Below are positions 53,925-64,000 of a DNA stretch of 64,000 bases, one piece after another. Numbering within the stretch: the stretch's first letter is position 1; every line of letters starts with the position of its first letter. Source of the stretch: an uncultured Candidatus Rokubacteria bacterium (GTDB taxonomy: Bacteria > Methylomirabilota > Methylomirabilia > Rokubacteriales > CSP1-6); assembly GCA_963789955.1 (NCBI GenBank), contig CAWBMV010000017.1, positions 99,716 through 163,715 of the forward strand, in the 5' to 3' direction. Under the pieces are notes generated by a model. The model had not been told where the DNA came from. It saw only the letters and a list, made by a program, of their open reading frames with translations, and did not search any database. Made by a program: the position numbers and the translations under genes.

Positions 53925-55666
53925 GCGCGATCTCCTCCTCGAGCTGCTGGATGCGCCAGAGGCGCGCGTAGACACCTGCCCGGCTCAAGAGCTCCTCGTG
54001 GCGGCCGCTCTCGATCACGCGGCCGGCCTCGAGGACCACGATGCGGCTGGCGGTGGACGCGGCCCGCAGCCGGTGCGTCATCAACAGCACCGTCCGTCCG
54101 GCCAGCGCCTGACGTAGATTCGTCAAGATCTCTTCTTCTTTCGACGGCGTCGACCGAGGCGAAGGCGTCGTCCAGCACGAGGACCTCAGGCGCTCCGGCC
54201 AGCGCGCGCGCCAGGGTCACCCGCTGGCGCTGGCCGCCGGAGAGCGTCAGGCCGCGCTCGCCGACCACGGCCTCGAAGCCCGCGGCGAATTGCTCGATCT
54301 CCTCCGCGATGCCCGCGACACGCGCGGCGCCGTCGAGCTCGTCACGTCCCAGGCCCTCGCGCCCGAGCGTGATGTTGTCGGCGATGGACCGCGAGAAGAG
54401 GAACCCCTCCTGCGGGACATATCCAATACTCGCGCGCAGCGCGTCGAGCGGAAGCGTGGTGACGTCGCGACCGCCGATGAACACGGTCCCGGCCGGCGGC
54501 TCCCAGAGTCGCGCCAGCAGAAGCCCCAGGGTCGACTTGCCGCTCCCGGTGGGGCCGACCACGGCCACCGTCTCGCCGGGCGCCACCTCGAAGCTCACGT
54601 CGCGCAGTGCGGGCGCTCGATCGGTGTACGTGAACGTGAGGTGCGAGAACCGGATGCCCGGGGTCGTCGTGGCCACCTGTGCCGTCGCCGGCTCGCTCCG
54701 GACGCTGGACGCCTCGACGATCTCCAGGATGCGACCCATCGAGGTCAGGCCGCGGCGGACGGTCGACAGGGTCCAGCCCAGCGCCAGGGTGGGCCACGTG
54801 AGGTACGCGAGATAGCCGTTGAACGCGACGAGCGCGCCGAGGGTCAGCCGGCCGTCGACGACGGCGCGGCCGCCCGCCCAGATCACGATCAAGGTGCCGA
54901 TGCCCGCGATCAGCCCCATCAAGGGTGAGAAGCCGGCTTCCGTCCGCGCCAGGGCCAGGCTCAGGCGCAGATATTCAGCGTTGGCCCGCCCGAAGTCGGC
55001 GCGCGCGCGCGGCTCGAGCGTGTACGCGCGCACGACGGACATGCCGGCGACGTATTCCTGGACGCGCTCGGAGAGGACGCTCAGCTGATCCTGCGCCGCC
55101 TGGGTCCGCTCGTTGACCCTCGTGTTGAAGCGCCGGGCCAGCAGGACCAGGACCGGCGACGGTGCCAGCGACCACAAGGTCAGCCACGGATCGACCGCGA
55201 GCATCGCCGCGAGCACGCCGACGAACGAGAACGTCGTCGAGACCAGGCTGAGCGCGCCGAATCCCAGGAGCGACCGCACCGCGGTGATGTCGCTCGTCGA
55301 GCGCGCCATCAGGTCGCCGGTCGAATGCGTCGCGTAGAAGCGCGGCGGGAACCGCTGCAGGGCCGCGAAGAGCTCGCCGCGGATCTCCGACTCGATGTAC
55401 TGGCACCCGCCGGTGATCGCGAAGCGCGAGCCGAGCCGCGCGACGCCGTTGAGGAGGGCGGACAGCGCGATCAGGGTGACCAGGTGCCCGACCGGCGCCG
55501 ACGCGGCATCCGCCTGCAGCGCGTCGATCGCGCGCTTCACCGTCCACGGGATCGTGAGGGAGGCGTAGGTCGCCATCCCCAGACACGCGATGCCGATTCC
55601 GTAGCGCGCTCGATAGCGCCAGACGTAGCGCCAGACCGCTCGCGCGGGCGACGTGCGCTCGGAGAT
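53917..55666 (-). CDS. ABC exporter, fused permease/ATPase (heterodimer subunit A; frameshift near 54140; start uncertain)
   Basis: STGDLMARSTSD, GPTGSGKST, LSGGQRQR, degenerate Walker B LDDAFASVD, THRL. Confidence 0.88.
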
Positions 55667-55671
55667 TGACC

Positions 55672-56592
55672 TCAGCCGCGCCTCCCCGCCGCGTGCGGCG
55701 CCAGGGCCGCGTAGACGGCGAAGATGGCGGGCGTCGGCACACCGAGACGCTCGCCGAGCCGCGCCGCGTGCCCGTGCAGCGCTTCGAGCTCGAGCCGGCG
55801 ACCCTGGAGCAGATCGTGCGCGAGCGAGGCCCGATTGCCGGGCGGAATGGTCTCGGCGAACTTCATGATCTGGTCGACCGCGTCGCTCGCGAGGTCGACG
55901 CCGGAGGCGCGCGCGAGGGCCGCGACCTCCTCGACGATCGTCCGGAACAGCCGCCAGGTGGCCGGCGTGTCGCGGATGACCCCGATGGTCTCGCGCGTCA
56001 CGGCGGTCGTTCCGCCGACCGCGCAGATCAGGAGGTACTTCTCCCAGAGCGCGCGGCGAATGGTCTTGGACAGCTCGACCGGGATCTCGGCGTGCGCGAA
56101 CGCGTCACGCAGCCGCTCGGCGCGCTCGCTCACGTGTCCATCCAGCTCTCCGAAGATGATGCGGCCCGCGGCCTGGTGCCGGATCACGCCGGGCGACTCG
56201 ATCGTCGCGAACACCTGGGCGACACCGCCCATCGCCCGCCCGGCGCCGAGCTTCTCGTCGATCTTGTCCTCGTTGTCCACGCCGTTCTGAAGCGAGAGGA
56301 TCGGCGTGTCGGGGCCGAGGACCGACCAGAGGCGCGCCGCGGCGTCGTCGGTGTCGAACGATTTGACGCAGAAGAGCACGGCGTCCGCCCGGTCGACGCC
56401 CTCGAGCCGCTCGACGACCCCGGGGCGTACGACCGTGTCGCCCTCGCCGGCCGATCGGATCGCGAGGCCGGCTCGCTTGATCGCTTCGAGATGGGCGCCG
56501 CGCGCGACCAGGGTCACCCGCTCGCCGGCGCGTTGAAGCTTCGCGCCGAAGTACCCGCCGACACCGCCGGACCCCATCACCACGATGTGCAC
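55672..56592 (-). CDS. panE: 2-dehydropantoate 2-reductase
   Basis: Motifs MGSGGVGGYFG, CVKSFD, LQNGV, LWEK, SLAHDL..GRRLE. Confidence 0.88.
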   Translation of the reverse strand: MHIVVMGSGGVGGYFGAKLQRAGERVTLVARGAHLEAIKRAGLAIRSAGEGDTVVRPGVVERLEGVDRADAVLFCVKSFDTDDAAARLWSVLGPDTPILSLQNGVDNEDKIDEKLGAGRAMGGVAQVFATIESPGVIRHQAAGRIIFGELDGHVSERAERLRDAFAHAEIPVELSKTIRRALWEKYLLICAVGGTTAVTRETIGVIRDTPATWRLFRTIVEEVAALARASGVDLASDAVDQIMKFAETIPPGNRASLAHDLLQGRRLELEALHGHAARLGERLGVPTPAIFAVYAALAPHAAGRRG

Positions 56593-56619
56593 GAGACGTA
56601 TGATACATTGCGCGGCAGC

Positions 56620-57417
56620 ATGGCATCGCTCGAACGACGCGTGGCGGTCGACGCCGCGCGGGCCGCCGGCCAGCTCCTGAAAAGCGAGCTGCCCGGATCG
56701 CGCCGCATCGCCTACAAGGGCAGCCCGACGAACCTCGTGACCGAGATGGACGCTCGCGTCGAAGAGCTGATCGTCGGGCGCCTGGCGGCGGCGTTTCCCG
56801 ACGACGCCGTCCTCGGCGAGGAGCGCGGCGCCAGCACGGGGCGGTCCGGGCGGCGCTGGATCATCGATCCGCTCGACGGCACGACGAACTACGCCCACGG
56901 GTTTCCGGCCTTCGGCGTGTCCATCGGTCTGGAATCGGCTGGGCGCGTCGAGCTCGGCGTGATCTACGATCCCGAACCTCGACGAGATGTTCGTGGCCGA
57001 GCGAGGGCGCGGCAGCGACGGTGAACGACCGTCCGCTCGCGGTGTCGACCACGCCGACGCTCGACGAGAGCCTGCTGGCGACGGGATTCCCCTACAACAT
57101 CCGCGAGGCGCCGGACAACAACCTGAAGGAGTACGCCGCGTTCAGCGTGCGAGCCCGCGCGGTGCGGCGGCTGGGCTCGGCGGTCCTCTACCTGGCGTGG
57201 CTGGCCTGCGGGCGACTCGACGGCTACTGGGAGCTGCGACTCGGTCCGTGGGACGTGGCGGCCGGCAGCCTGCTCGTCGAGGAAGCCGGCGGCCGGGTCA
57301 CCGACTTGACGGGCGGCACGCTCGATCTCGACGCGCCCTCGCTCGTCGCGACCAACGGCCACATCCACTCGGCGGTTCTCGACGTGCTCGAGGCAGGTCC
57401 GGGGAGGCAAGCCGTGA
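56620..57417 (+). CDS. suhB: Inositol monophosphatase family protein (frameshifted)
   Basis: Motifs LVTEMD, LGEE, WIIDPLDGTTNYAHG, ATGFPY, RRLGSA, PWDVAAG. Confidence 0.85.
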
Positions 57418-58795
57418 CGCCGTCCGTCGCGCGGCGCCTGGCCCGCTTCGTCATCGCGCTCGAGTTCAAAGACCTGCCGGCGCCGGTGATCGACCAAGCC
57501 GGTCTCCTCACGCTCGACACCCTGGGATGCTGTCTGGCGGCCTCCCGCCATGACTTCGGCGCGCCGCGCGCGCGACCGCCGAGCGCCTCGGCGGCAAGCC
57601 GGAGAGCGCCGTGGTCGGCAGTAGAGTGCGGGTCGCCGCCGCCAACGCGGTACTCGCCAACGCGACCCTGGCTCACGGGCTCGACTTCGACGACACGCGT
57701 GAGGACGCGATCGTGCACACGGGGTCGGTCGCGGTCCCGACGAGCCTTGCCGTCGGCGAGGCGACCGGCGCGTCGGGGCGCGCGGCGCTACGCCGTCGTC
57801 GCCGCCGTCGAGGTGATGTGTCGCGTCGGGCTCGCCGTCCCGGCAAATCTCCACGCGCGCCACTACCACCCGACCGCGCTCACCGGGACCTTCGCCGCGG
57901 CCGCCGCCGCGGGCAAGCTCTATGGCTTGACCGAGGACCAGCTCGTACGCGCCTTCGGCATCTGCGGGAGCCAGACCGCGGGGATCATCGAGTATCTGGC
58001 CGACGGCACGTGGACGAAGCGCTTCGCGCCGGGCTGGTCGGCGCATGCCGGCATCGTCGCCGCGCTCCTCGCCGCAGTCCGGGTTCACCGGGCCCGAGTC
58101 GGTCTTCGAGGGCGAGCACGGGTTCTATCGCGCGTTCGCGGGCGACGTCCAGACCGAGCGGCTCGACGAGCTGCTCACCGGCCTCGGCCGCGTCTGGGAG
58201 CTCGAGCAACTGACCTTCAAGCCCTATCCGTGCGGCTCGATCGCCGCAGCCGTACATGGACTGCGCGCTGCGGCTCCGAGACAGTCGCGGCGTGCGCGCC
58301 GAGGACATCGTCGAGATCCGATGCCGGACCGCCGCGGGACCGGTGCCGCGCCTCTGGGAGCCGCTCGCGTCCAAGCACGCGCCGCAGAATGGTTACGCGG
58401 CGAAGTTCAGCCTGCCCTATCTCCTGGCGGTGATCCTGACCCGCGGGCGGGCCAGTCTCGCCGAGTTCGAGGACGACGTCGTGCCAGCACACCGGAGATG
58501 TGTCGCCGTGGCGTCGCGAGTCGAGCTACGAGGTCGATCCGACGATCGACTACCCGCGTCAGTTCGTCGGCCATCTCGCATCCGGCTCAAGGACGGGCGC
58601 ATCGTCGAAGAGTGCGCCAGGATCATCCCCGGGCCGGTCCGGATTCACCGATGGCGCCCGGCGAGATCGAAGCGAAGTTCCGCGGCGACGCGAGCCTCGT
58701 CATGCCCGAGAGCGCGTCGCGCGCGTGATCCGGACGTCCGGGCGCTCGAGGCCGCGCCGAATCTCGAACCGCTGATGCAATCGCTCGCCCTGTGA
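57414..58795 (+). CDS. MmgE/PrpD family protein (multiple frameshifts)
   Basis: LDTLGC, NATLAHGLDFDD, HYHPT, FTGPESVFEGEHGF, FKPYPCG, AKFSLPY across frames. Confidence 0.8.
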
Positions 58796-58805
58796 GGAGC
58801 CCTTG

Positions 58806-59808
58806 ATGAGACGATCGCGTCGCCCTCGTCGGCCTGCTCGTGTGCGGTCGGCACACTCGTCGCCGGCCCGTCTCCACGCAGCCCCGCCTCGAGGCCGCGA
58901 AGAAGGCGGGCGGTCGTCTCGTACACCTCGCTCGTGCTTCCCACCGCCGAGAAGGTCGGCAAGCTCTTCGAGACCGCCTATCCCGGGGTCGAGGTGGAGG
59001 TCCATCGGACGGGCTCGCAGCGCATCCTCCAGCGCGTGATGCAGGAGCTCCAGGCGACCTCAAGCTCGTCGACGTCGTCCACACCTCCGATGCCGGCCAC
59101 TTCGTGCTCCTGAAGGAGAAGAAGCTCTCGATGCAGTTCTCCCCGGCCGGCGTCGACAAGTACCCGGCGGGGTTCAGGACAAGGACCGCTACTACTTCGC
59201 GCTCCGCGCCACCGTCGACGCGATCACCTACGACACGAAGCTCTAGTCCCGCGGCCGAGGCGCCCAAGACGTGGAAGGATCTGCTCGACCCGATGGAAGG
59301 GCAAGCTCGTCACCGCGCATCCCGGCTACAGCGGCGTCATCTCGACGCAGTGCTCGCGCTCGTCCAGCTCCACGGCTGGGACTACTTCGAGCGGCTCGCG
59401 CAGAGCAGGTGATGCTCGCCAGTCGCCGTCGATCCGGCGGGTGTGGTGCGTCCGGTGAGCGTCAGGTCGCGGTCGACGGCGGCGACTACTACTACCAGCT
59501 CGAGGAGAAGGGCATCCCGATCGAGATCGTGTACCCGAGGAGGGCGTCCCGCTCGTAGTCTCGCCACCGCGATCACGGTCTGCGCACCGCATCGCAGCGC
59601 CGCCAAGCTCTTCACCGACTTCACCTTCACCGCGAGCTCCGGCGAGTCATGGCCGACAGCGAGGGGCTGTACACCGGCCACCCCGAGGTGGAGTATCCGG
59701 CCGACAAGCCGAAGCTCTACGACCTCAAGCTCCTCACCGTCGAGTCCAGGGCTCGAGAAGCGCGACGAGGAACTGAAAAAGCGCTTCGTCGAGTTCTTCG
59801 GCGCGTGA
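58806..59808 (+). CDS. ABC substrate-binding protein, Fe3+/thiamine/AfuA-like (heavily frameshifted)
   Basis: Fragments EAAKKAG, YTS, FETAYPGVEVEVHRTGS, APKTWKDLLDP, AHPGYSG, SGER, APHRSAAKLFTDF. Confidence 0.7.
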
Positions 59809-59840
59809 TCGGGCCTTCACGCCCAGTCAGCAGGGCCGCC

Positions 59841-61656
59841 ATGGACCGGTCGCTCTCCGGTGTCGGTCGTCCACGGCGGTGGTTCTTGGGCGCTGCTCAT
59901 GGCTGCTGCCGATGGGGTGGTTGGTGGCGGTGAGCTTGTTCGGGGGGACAAGGGGGCCGCCGGATTCGCGCAGCTATCGCCGTGGCGCTCGACCGACCCC
60001 GCACCTGCGCAAGGCGCTCTGGAACACCGTCGTGCTCGCGTTCTGGGTGGGGCTCTTCTCGCTGGCCATCGGCGCGCCGATGGCGTGGCTGACCGCGCGG
60101 ACCGACCTGCCCGGCAAGCGCGCGATCCGCGCGCTCATGCTCGCCTCCTTCGTGACGCCACCGTTCCTCGGTGCCTTCGCGTGGGTGATGCTGGCCGGCC
60201 CGACCAACGCCGGGCTCCTCAACAAGCTCTGGCGCAGCGCAGCGGCTCCGACGAGGCCCTGTTCAACATCTTCAGCATGCCCGGGCTCGTCTTCGTCGTG
60301 ACGATCTACACGTTTCCGTACGTCTACATCATGATCGCCAATACCCTCGGGCTGATCGCCTCCGATCTCGAAGAAGCGGCGGCGATCCTCGGCGCCGGCC
60401 GGCTCACCGTGGCGCGCACCGTGACCTTGCCGATGGCCGCCCCCGCGCTCCTGAGCGGCTTCATCCTGTCGGTCCTGCAGGCGCTCGCGCTGTTCGGCTC
60501 GCCGGCGATCCTGTCCTTGCCCGCCGGATTCCACACGATCACGACGCAGATCTGGACGTTCTTCCAGTTTCCGCCGAAGACCGAAATGGCCGCGGCGTTC
60601 TCGATGCCGCTGCTGCTGGCGACGGCGCTTCTGTTACTCGTACAGAAGCGGCTCCTGGGGCGACGCGGCTACGCGGCGGTCGGTGGCAAGGGTGGCCAGC
60701 GCCGGACGATTTCGCTGGGGCCCTGGCGCTGGCCCGCCTTCGCCGCGGTCATGGCCGTGATGGCGTGTCCGTCTCTGCCCTACGCGGTGCTGGCGAAGGC
60801 TTCGCTCGCGCGGGCCTGGGCCCAGCCGCTCAGCTGGGACAACCTCACGCTCGCGAATTTCTCGTTCACCTTCTTCGAGTACAGCGCGACCCAGGGGGCG
60901 ATCGTCAACACGCTCGAGCTCGGCGTGATGACCGCCTGCGTCGGCGCCGGGCTCGTCACCGTGCTGTCCTACGTGACGAGCCGCCGTCTGATCGTCGGTC
61001 ATCAGCTGGTGGCGTTCCTGGCCCTGGCGCCCGTCGTGATCCCGGGAGTCGTGCTGGCCGTCGGGCTGTTCATCGCCTGCACGCCGCCGCCGCTCCTGCT
61101 CTACGGCACGCTCTTGGTACCTGTTCATCGCGTATCTGACCAAGGAGATCCAGGATCGGCTACGCCCAGTCCGACACGACCTTCCGGGCGATCCCTCCCG
61201 AGCTCGAGGACACAGCCGGACCTGGGCGGCGGCCGTCTGCGCGTGCTCCGCGACATCACCGCGCCGCTCGCCCGCAGCGGGGTCATCGCCGCGTGGTGCT
61301 TCATCTTCATCGGCGTGATCCGCGAGCTGTCGGCCTCGATCATCCTGTTCACGCCGGCGACCAAGGTGATGTCGGTGGTGATCTTCGACCTCAAGGAAGA
61401 GGGCCAGTTCGGCGCCATCGCGGTCCTCGGGCTCGTGATGCTCGTCATGACCTTCGCGACCGTCGCCCTCGTGCAGCGCGTGCTGGGGCGGGATTTTCTG
61501 GGCGCGCGCCGGTCGGACCGACCGGAGCTCCCGCCCCCTCGCGTCGCTCCCGCCGCCGTTTTCGGCCGAGAATTGCCGCGTGCTATGGTGTTCTTACCGT
61601 TGCTCGCGGGTCCAGCGGGCATGCGTGTTTGGCGACAGATCAACGACAGACGATGA
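59841..61656 (+). CDS. ABC permease, FbpB/ThiP-like with a duplicated module (frameshifted; true end probably near 61520)
   Basis: RTDLPG, TPPFLGAFAW, DLEEAAAILGAG, second EAA-like loop, IRELSASIIL. Confidence 0.78.
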
Positions 61657-62761
61657 CGGAATCGACGCGTCTCTCGATCGCGCTGGTCGGCCCCTTGCCG
61701 CCTCCCCGGGCGGAATGGCGAATCAAACGAGGCAGCTCGCGCGGCTTCTCCAAGATTCCGGAACGATCGTTGAAGTCGTGCGCTCGAATGCGCCGTACCG
61801 GCCGGCCTGGGTCGAGCGGCTGCGCGGCGTGGGCGGTATTTCGGCTCGCGCCGTTTCTGGCGAGTCTCTGGCGCGCCGGTGGACGTGTCGACGTCTTTCA
61901 CGTGATGGCCAACTCGGGCTGGGCGTGGCACCTCTTCGCCGCGCCGGCGGTGTGGATCGCCCGGTGGCGCGGCCGGCCGGTCGTCGTGAACTACCGGGGC
62001 GGCGAAGCTGAAGCGTTCATGGCGCGGGAGGCGCGCTGGGTCGTCCCGACCTTGGCCCGGGCGTCGGCGGTGATCGTGCCGTCGGGCTTTCTCGCGGGGG
62101 TCTTTCGAAAGCACGGGATCGGCGCCGAGATCGTGCAGAACATCATCGATCTCTCGCGGTTCCGTACCAGGCCGTGCGCTCGCCCGCCGACCTGCACCTG
62201 ATCGTGACCCGCAACCTCGAGGACATCTACGACATCCCGACGGCCCTCCGCGCGTTCGCGGCGGTCAAGCGTGTCCACGGCGGAGCCCGTCTGACGATCG
62301 CCGGCTCCGGACCCGCGCGCGCCGACCTCGAGCGCCTCGCGCGCGAGCTCGGCGTCGCCCGCGACGTGGCGTTCGCCGGGCGCATCGACAACGAGCAGAT
62401 CGCGGATCTCTACCGCTCCGCGAGCCTGCTCGTGAATTCTTCTCGCGTCGACAACATGCCGATCTCGCTGCTGGAGGCGATGGCCAGCGGGCTGCCGATC
62501 GTGAGCACCGACCCCGGGGGGATTCCATTCCTCGTCGAGGACGGCACGCCGGCCCTGCTCGTCCACCCGGGCGATCCGGACGCGATGGCCCGCGCCATCC
62601 TGCGCCTGCTCGACGACCGCGCGCTGGCGGACCGCCTGGTGGCCGCGGGGCTGGCGGCGGTCCCAGGCTTACACGTGGGATCGCGTCAAGCCCCGCCTCC
62701 TCGACGTCTACGCTCGGGTGCTCGCGCATCCGGCGCCGTCCGCGGGTCCGTCGGCCCCTGA
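61653..62761 (+). CDS. Glycosyltransferase family 4 (frameshifted)
   Basis: IALVGPLPP..GGMANQTRQL, HVMANSGWAW, NYRGGEA, TRNLEDIY, NSSRVDNMPISLLEAMASGLP. Confidence 0.82.
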
Positions 62762-62799
62762 TTCGGCCGGCGCGTCGAAGCGGGTGACGCGTCGGTGAC

Positions 62800-64000
62800 G
62801 TGTTGAAGGTCCAGCTCGACTCGTCCCGCTGGGCGACGCACGGCGATACGCGCGCCCACGGCTACGCTCACCTCGATACACGCTCCCTCGACGCTCGGCG
62901 GCTCGCCGAGTATGCGAACGCGTGCCTGGATCTGGATGCATGGCGCTCGCTGATCGGCCGGCTCAACGGCTGCTTCGGGATCGTCACCAGCCGGCCGGGT
63001 CTTGCCGGCCGCCGTGGATCGGATCCGAAGCATTCCCCTACTTCGTGCGCGATGCCGACTCCTGGCTGAGCGACGACGCGGGCTGGCTCCGGAGCGTCCT
63101 CGGGCGGAGCGAGGAACACCCTCGCCGAAGAGGAGTTCGGCCTCACCGGGTACGTGACGGGGCGCGAGACGCTCGATCGGAGCATCTTTCAGATCACCGC
63201 CGGCTCTGTCGCCGACTTCTCGCGACCGACCGGCTCGCAGCCGAGCGTCGCTCGCTACTACCGCTTCCATCACACGGACTTCACGAAGGCGCCGCGCGAG
63301 CGGCTGATCGAGGATCTCGTCGGCGTCCACGAGCGGGTGTTTCGCCGTCTCGTCGGGAGCGTGGGCGATCGAACGATCGTCGTCCCGATGAGTGGCGGCT
63401 ACGACTCGCGGTTGATCGGCGTGTCGCTCCGAGATCTCGGCTGTCGCAAGGTGATCTGCTACAGCTACGGCGTGCCGGGCAACTGGGAGTCGAAGATCTC
63501 CCGCGAGCTGACCGACTATCTCAGCTCCCTGGCTCTTCGTCCCCTACTCCGGTGATCGCTGGACCGAGTGGAGCCGAACGCCGGAGTTCGAGCGCTATCT
63601 GGACTGGGCTGGCGCGCTGGCGTCCGAGCCGCATCTTCAGAGACTGGCCGGCGGTGCGAGCCCTCAAGCTCGAGCAACGGGTTCCCCCGGACAGCGTGTT
63701 CGTCCCCGGCCACTCCGGCGATTTCCTGGCGGGCAGCCACGTGCCGAAGTGGTTCGTCGACGCGCCGGAGATCTCTCGCGAGCGGCTGATCGACACGATC
63801 TTCCGGGCCCACTATTCGCTGTGGGAGTGGCCGCAGCGAGAGCGCCAGCGACTGCGCGAAGCCTTCGCGCGGCGCATCGAGGGCATCGTCGGCCCGATCG
63901 GCCGCTCGACACCGGAAGAGGCCGCCGACCTTTACGAATGGTGGGATCTCGAGGAGCGGCAGGCGAAGTTCATCTGCAATTCGGTGCGGGTATACGAGAG
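62800..64000 (+). CDS. Asparagine synthase-like amidotransferase of a polysaccharide locus (frameshifted, runs off the window)
   Basis: LNGCFGIV, AVDRIRSIPL, GYVTGRETL, VPMSGGYDSR, CYSYG, PGHSGDF, ERQAKFICNS. Confidence 0.75.

Noticed and set aside
57021..58433. SuhB-MmgE/PrpD fusion ORF
   Set aside because: Indel artefact. A GTGA stop/start overlap at 57414-57417 marks the gene boundary.
59400..59415. Possible Sec TGA in the ABC substrate-binding gene
   Set aside because: The region is riddled with indels and the TGA reads naturally as GTG-ATG in the coding frame; there is no Cys-type motif.

Overview
GC-rich bacterial chromosomal segment of mostly core genes. Gene content (LPS/Lpt machinery, sigma54, LLM oxidoreductases, class II RNR, a selenoprotein) would fit Candidatus Rokubacteria/Methylomirabilota, but that assignment is inference only. 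Left to right: ahcY (partial)-metK; PGI/PMI; GH57; rapZ-rpoN-lptBAC; kdsD-kdsA-pyrG; tRNA nucleotidyltransferase; xerD; murJ; rpsT; ceramidase-like gene; holA-lptE-leuS; two small secreted His/Cys paralogues; uvrC-uvrB-HNH; proline dehydrogenase; ppx; cytochrome c; NCS2-type permease; nrdJ with tandem NrdR boxes; a TolC/MFP/MacB-type exporter plus a second TolC; LLM, TPR, nth, nfo, ferritin-like, SRPBCC and DMT genes; a minus-strand operon (panE-ABC-ABC-ATL-LLM-SDR-MBL hydrolase-peroxiredoxin); suhB; MmgE/PrpD; an ABC importer; and the start of a polysaccharide locus. Many genes, including essential ones, carry single-base frameshifts that become dense after about 57 kb. These most likely reflect long-read consensus errors rather than true pseudogenes. 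Best finding: a peroxiredoxin that the ORF track only partly captures, with an in-frame TGA exactly at the peroxidatic Cys position (PLDWTPG-U-STC) followed by two hairpins, i.e. a selenoprotein with a candidate SECIS. Other notable items are tandem secreted Cys/His mini-proteins with a candidate ECF promoter inside uvrC, a Spy/CpxP-like LTxxQ domain inside the efflux adaptor, a sigma54 site overlapping the promoter of the rpoN operon, and many apparently leaderless genes. No rRNA, tRNA, CRISPR array, transposase or prophage was seen.
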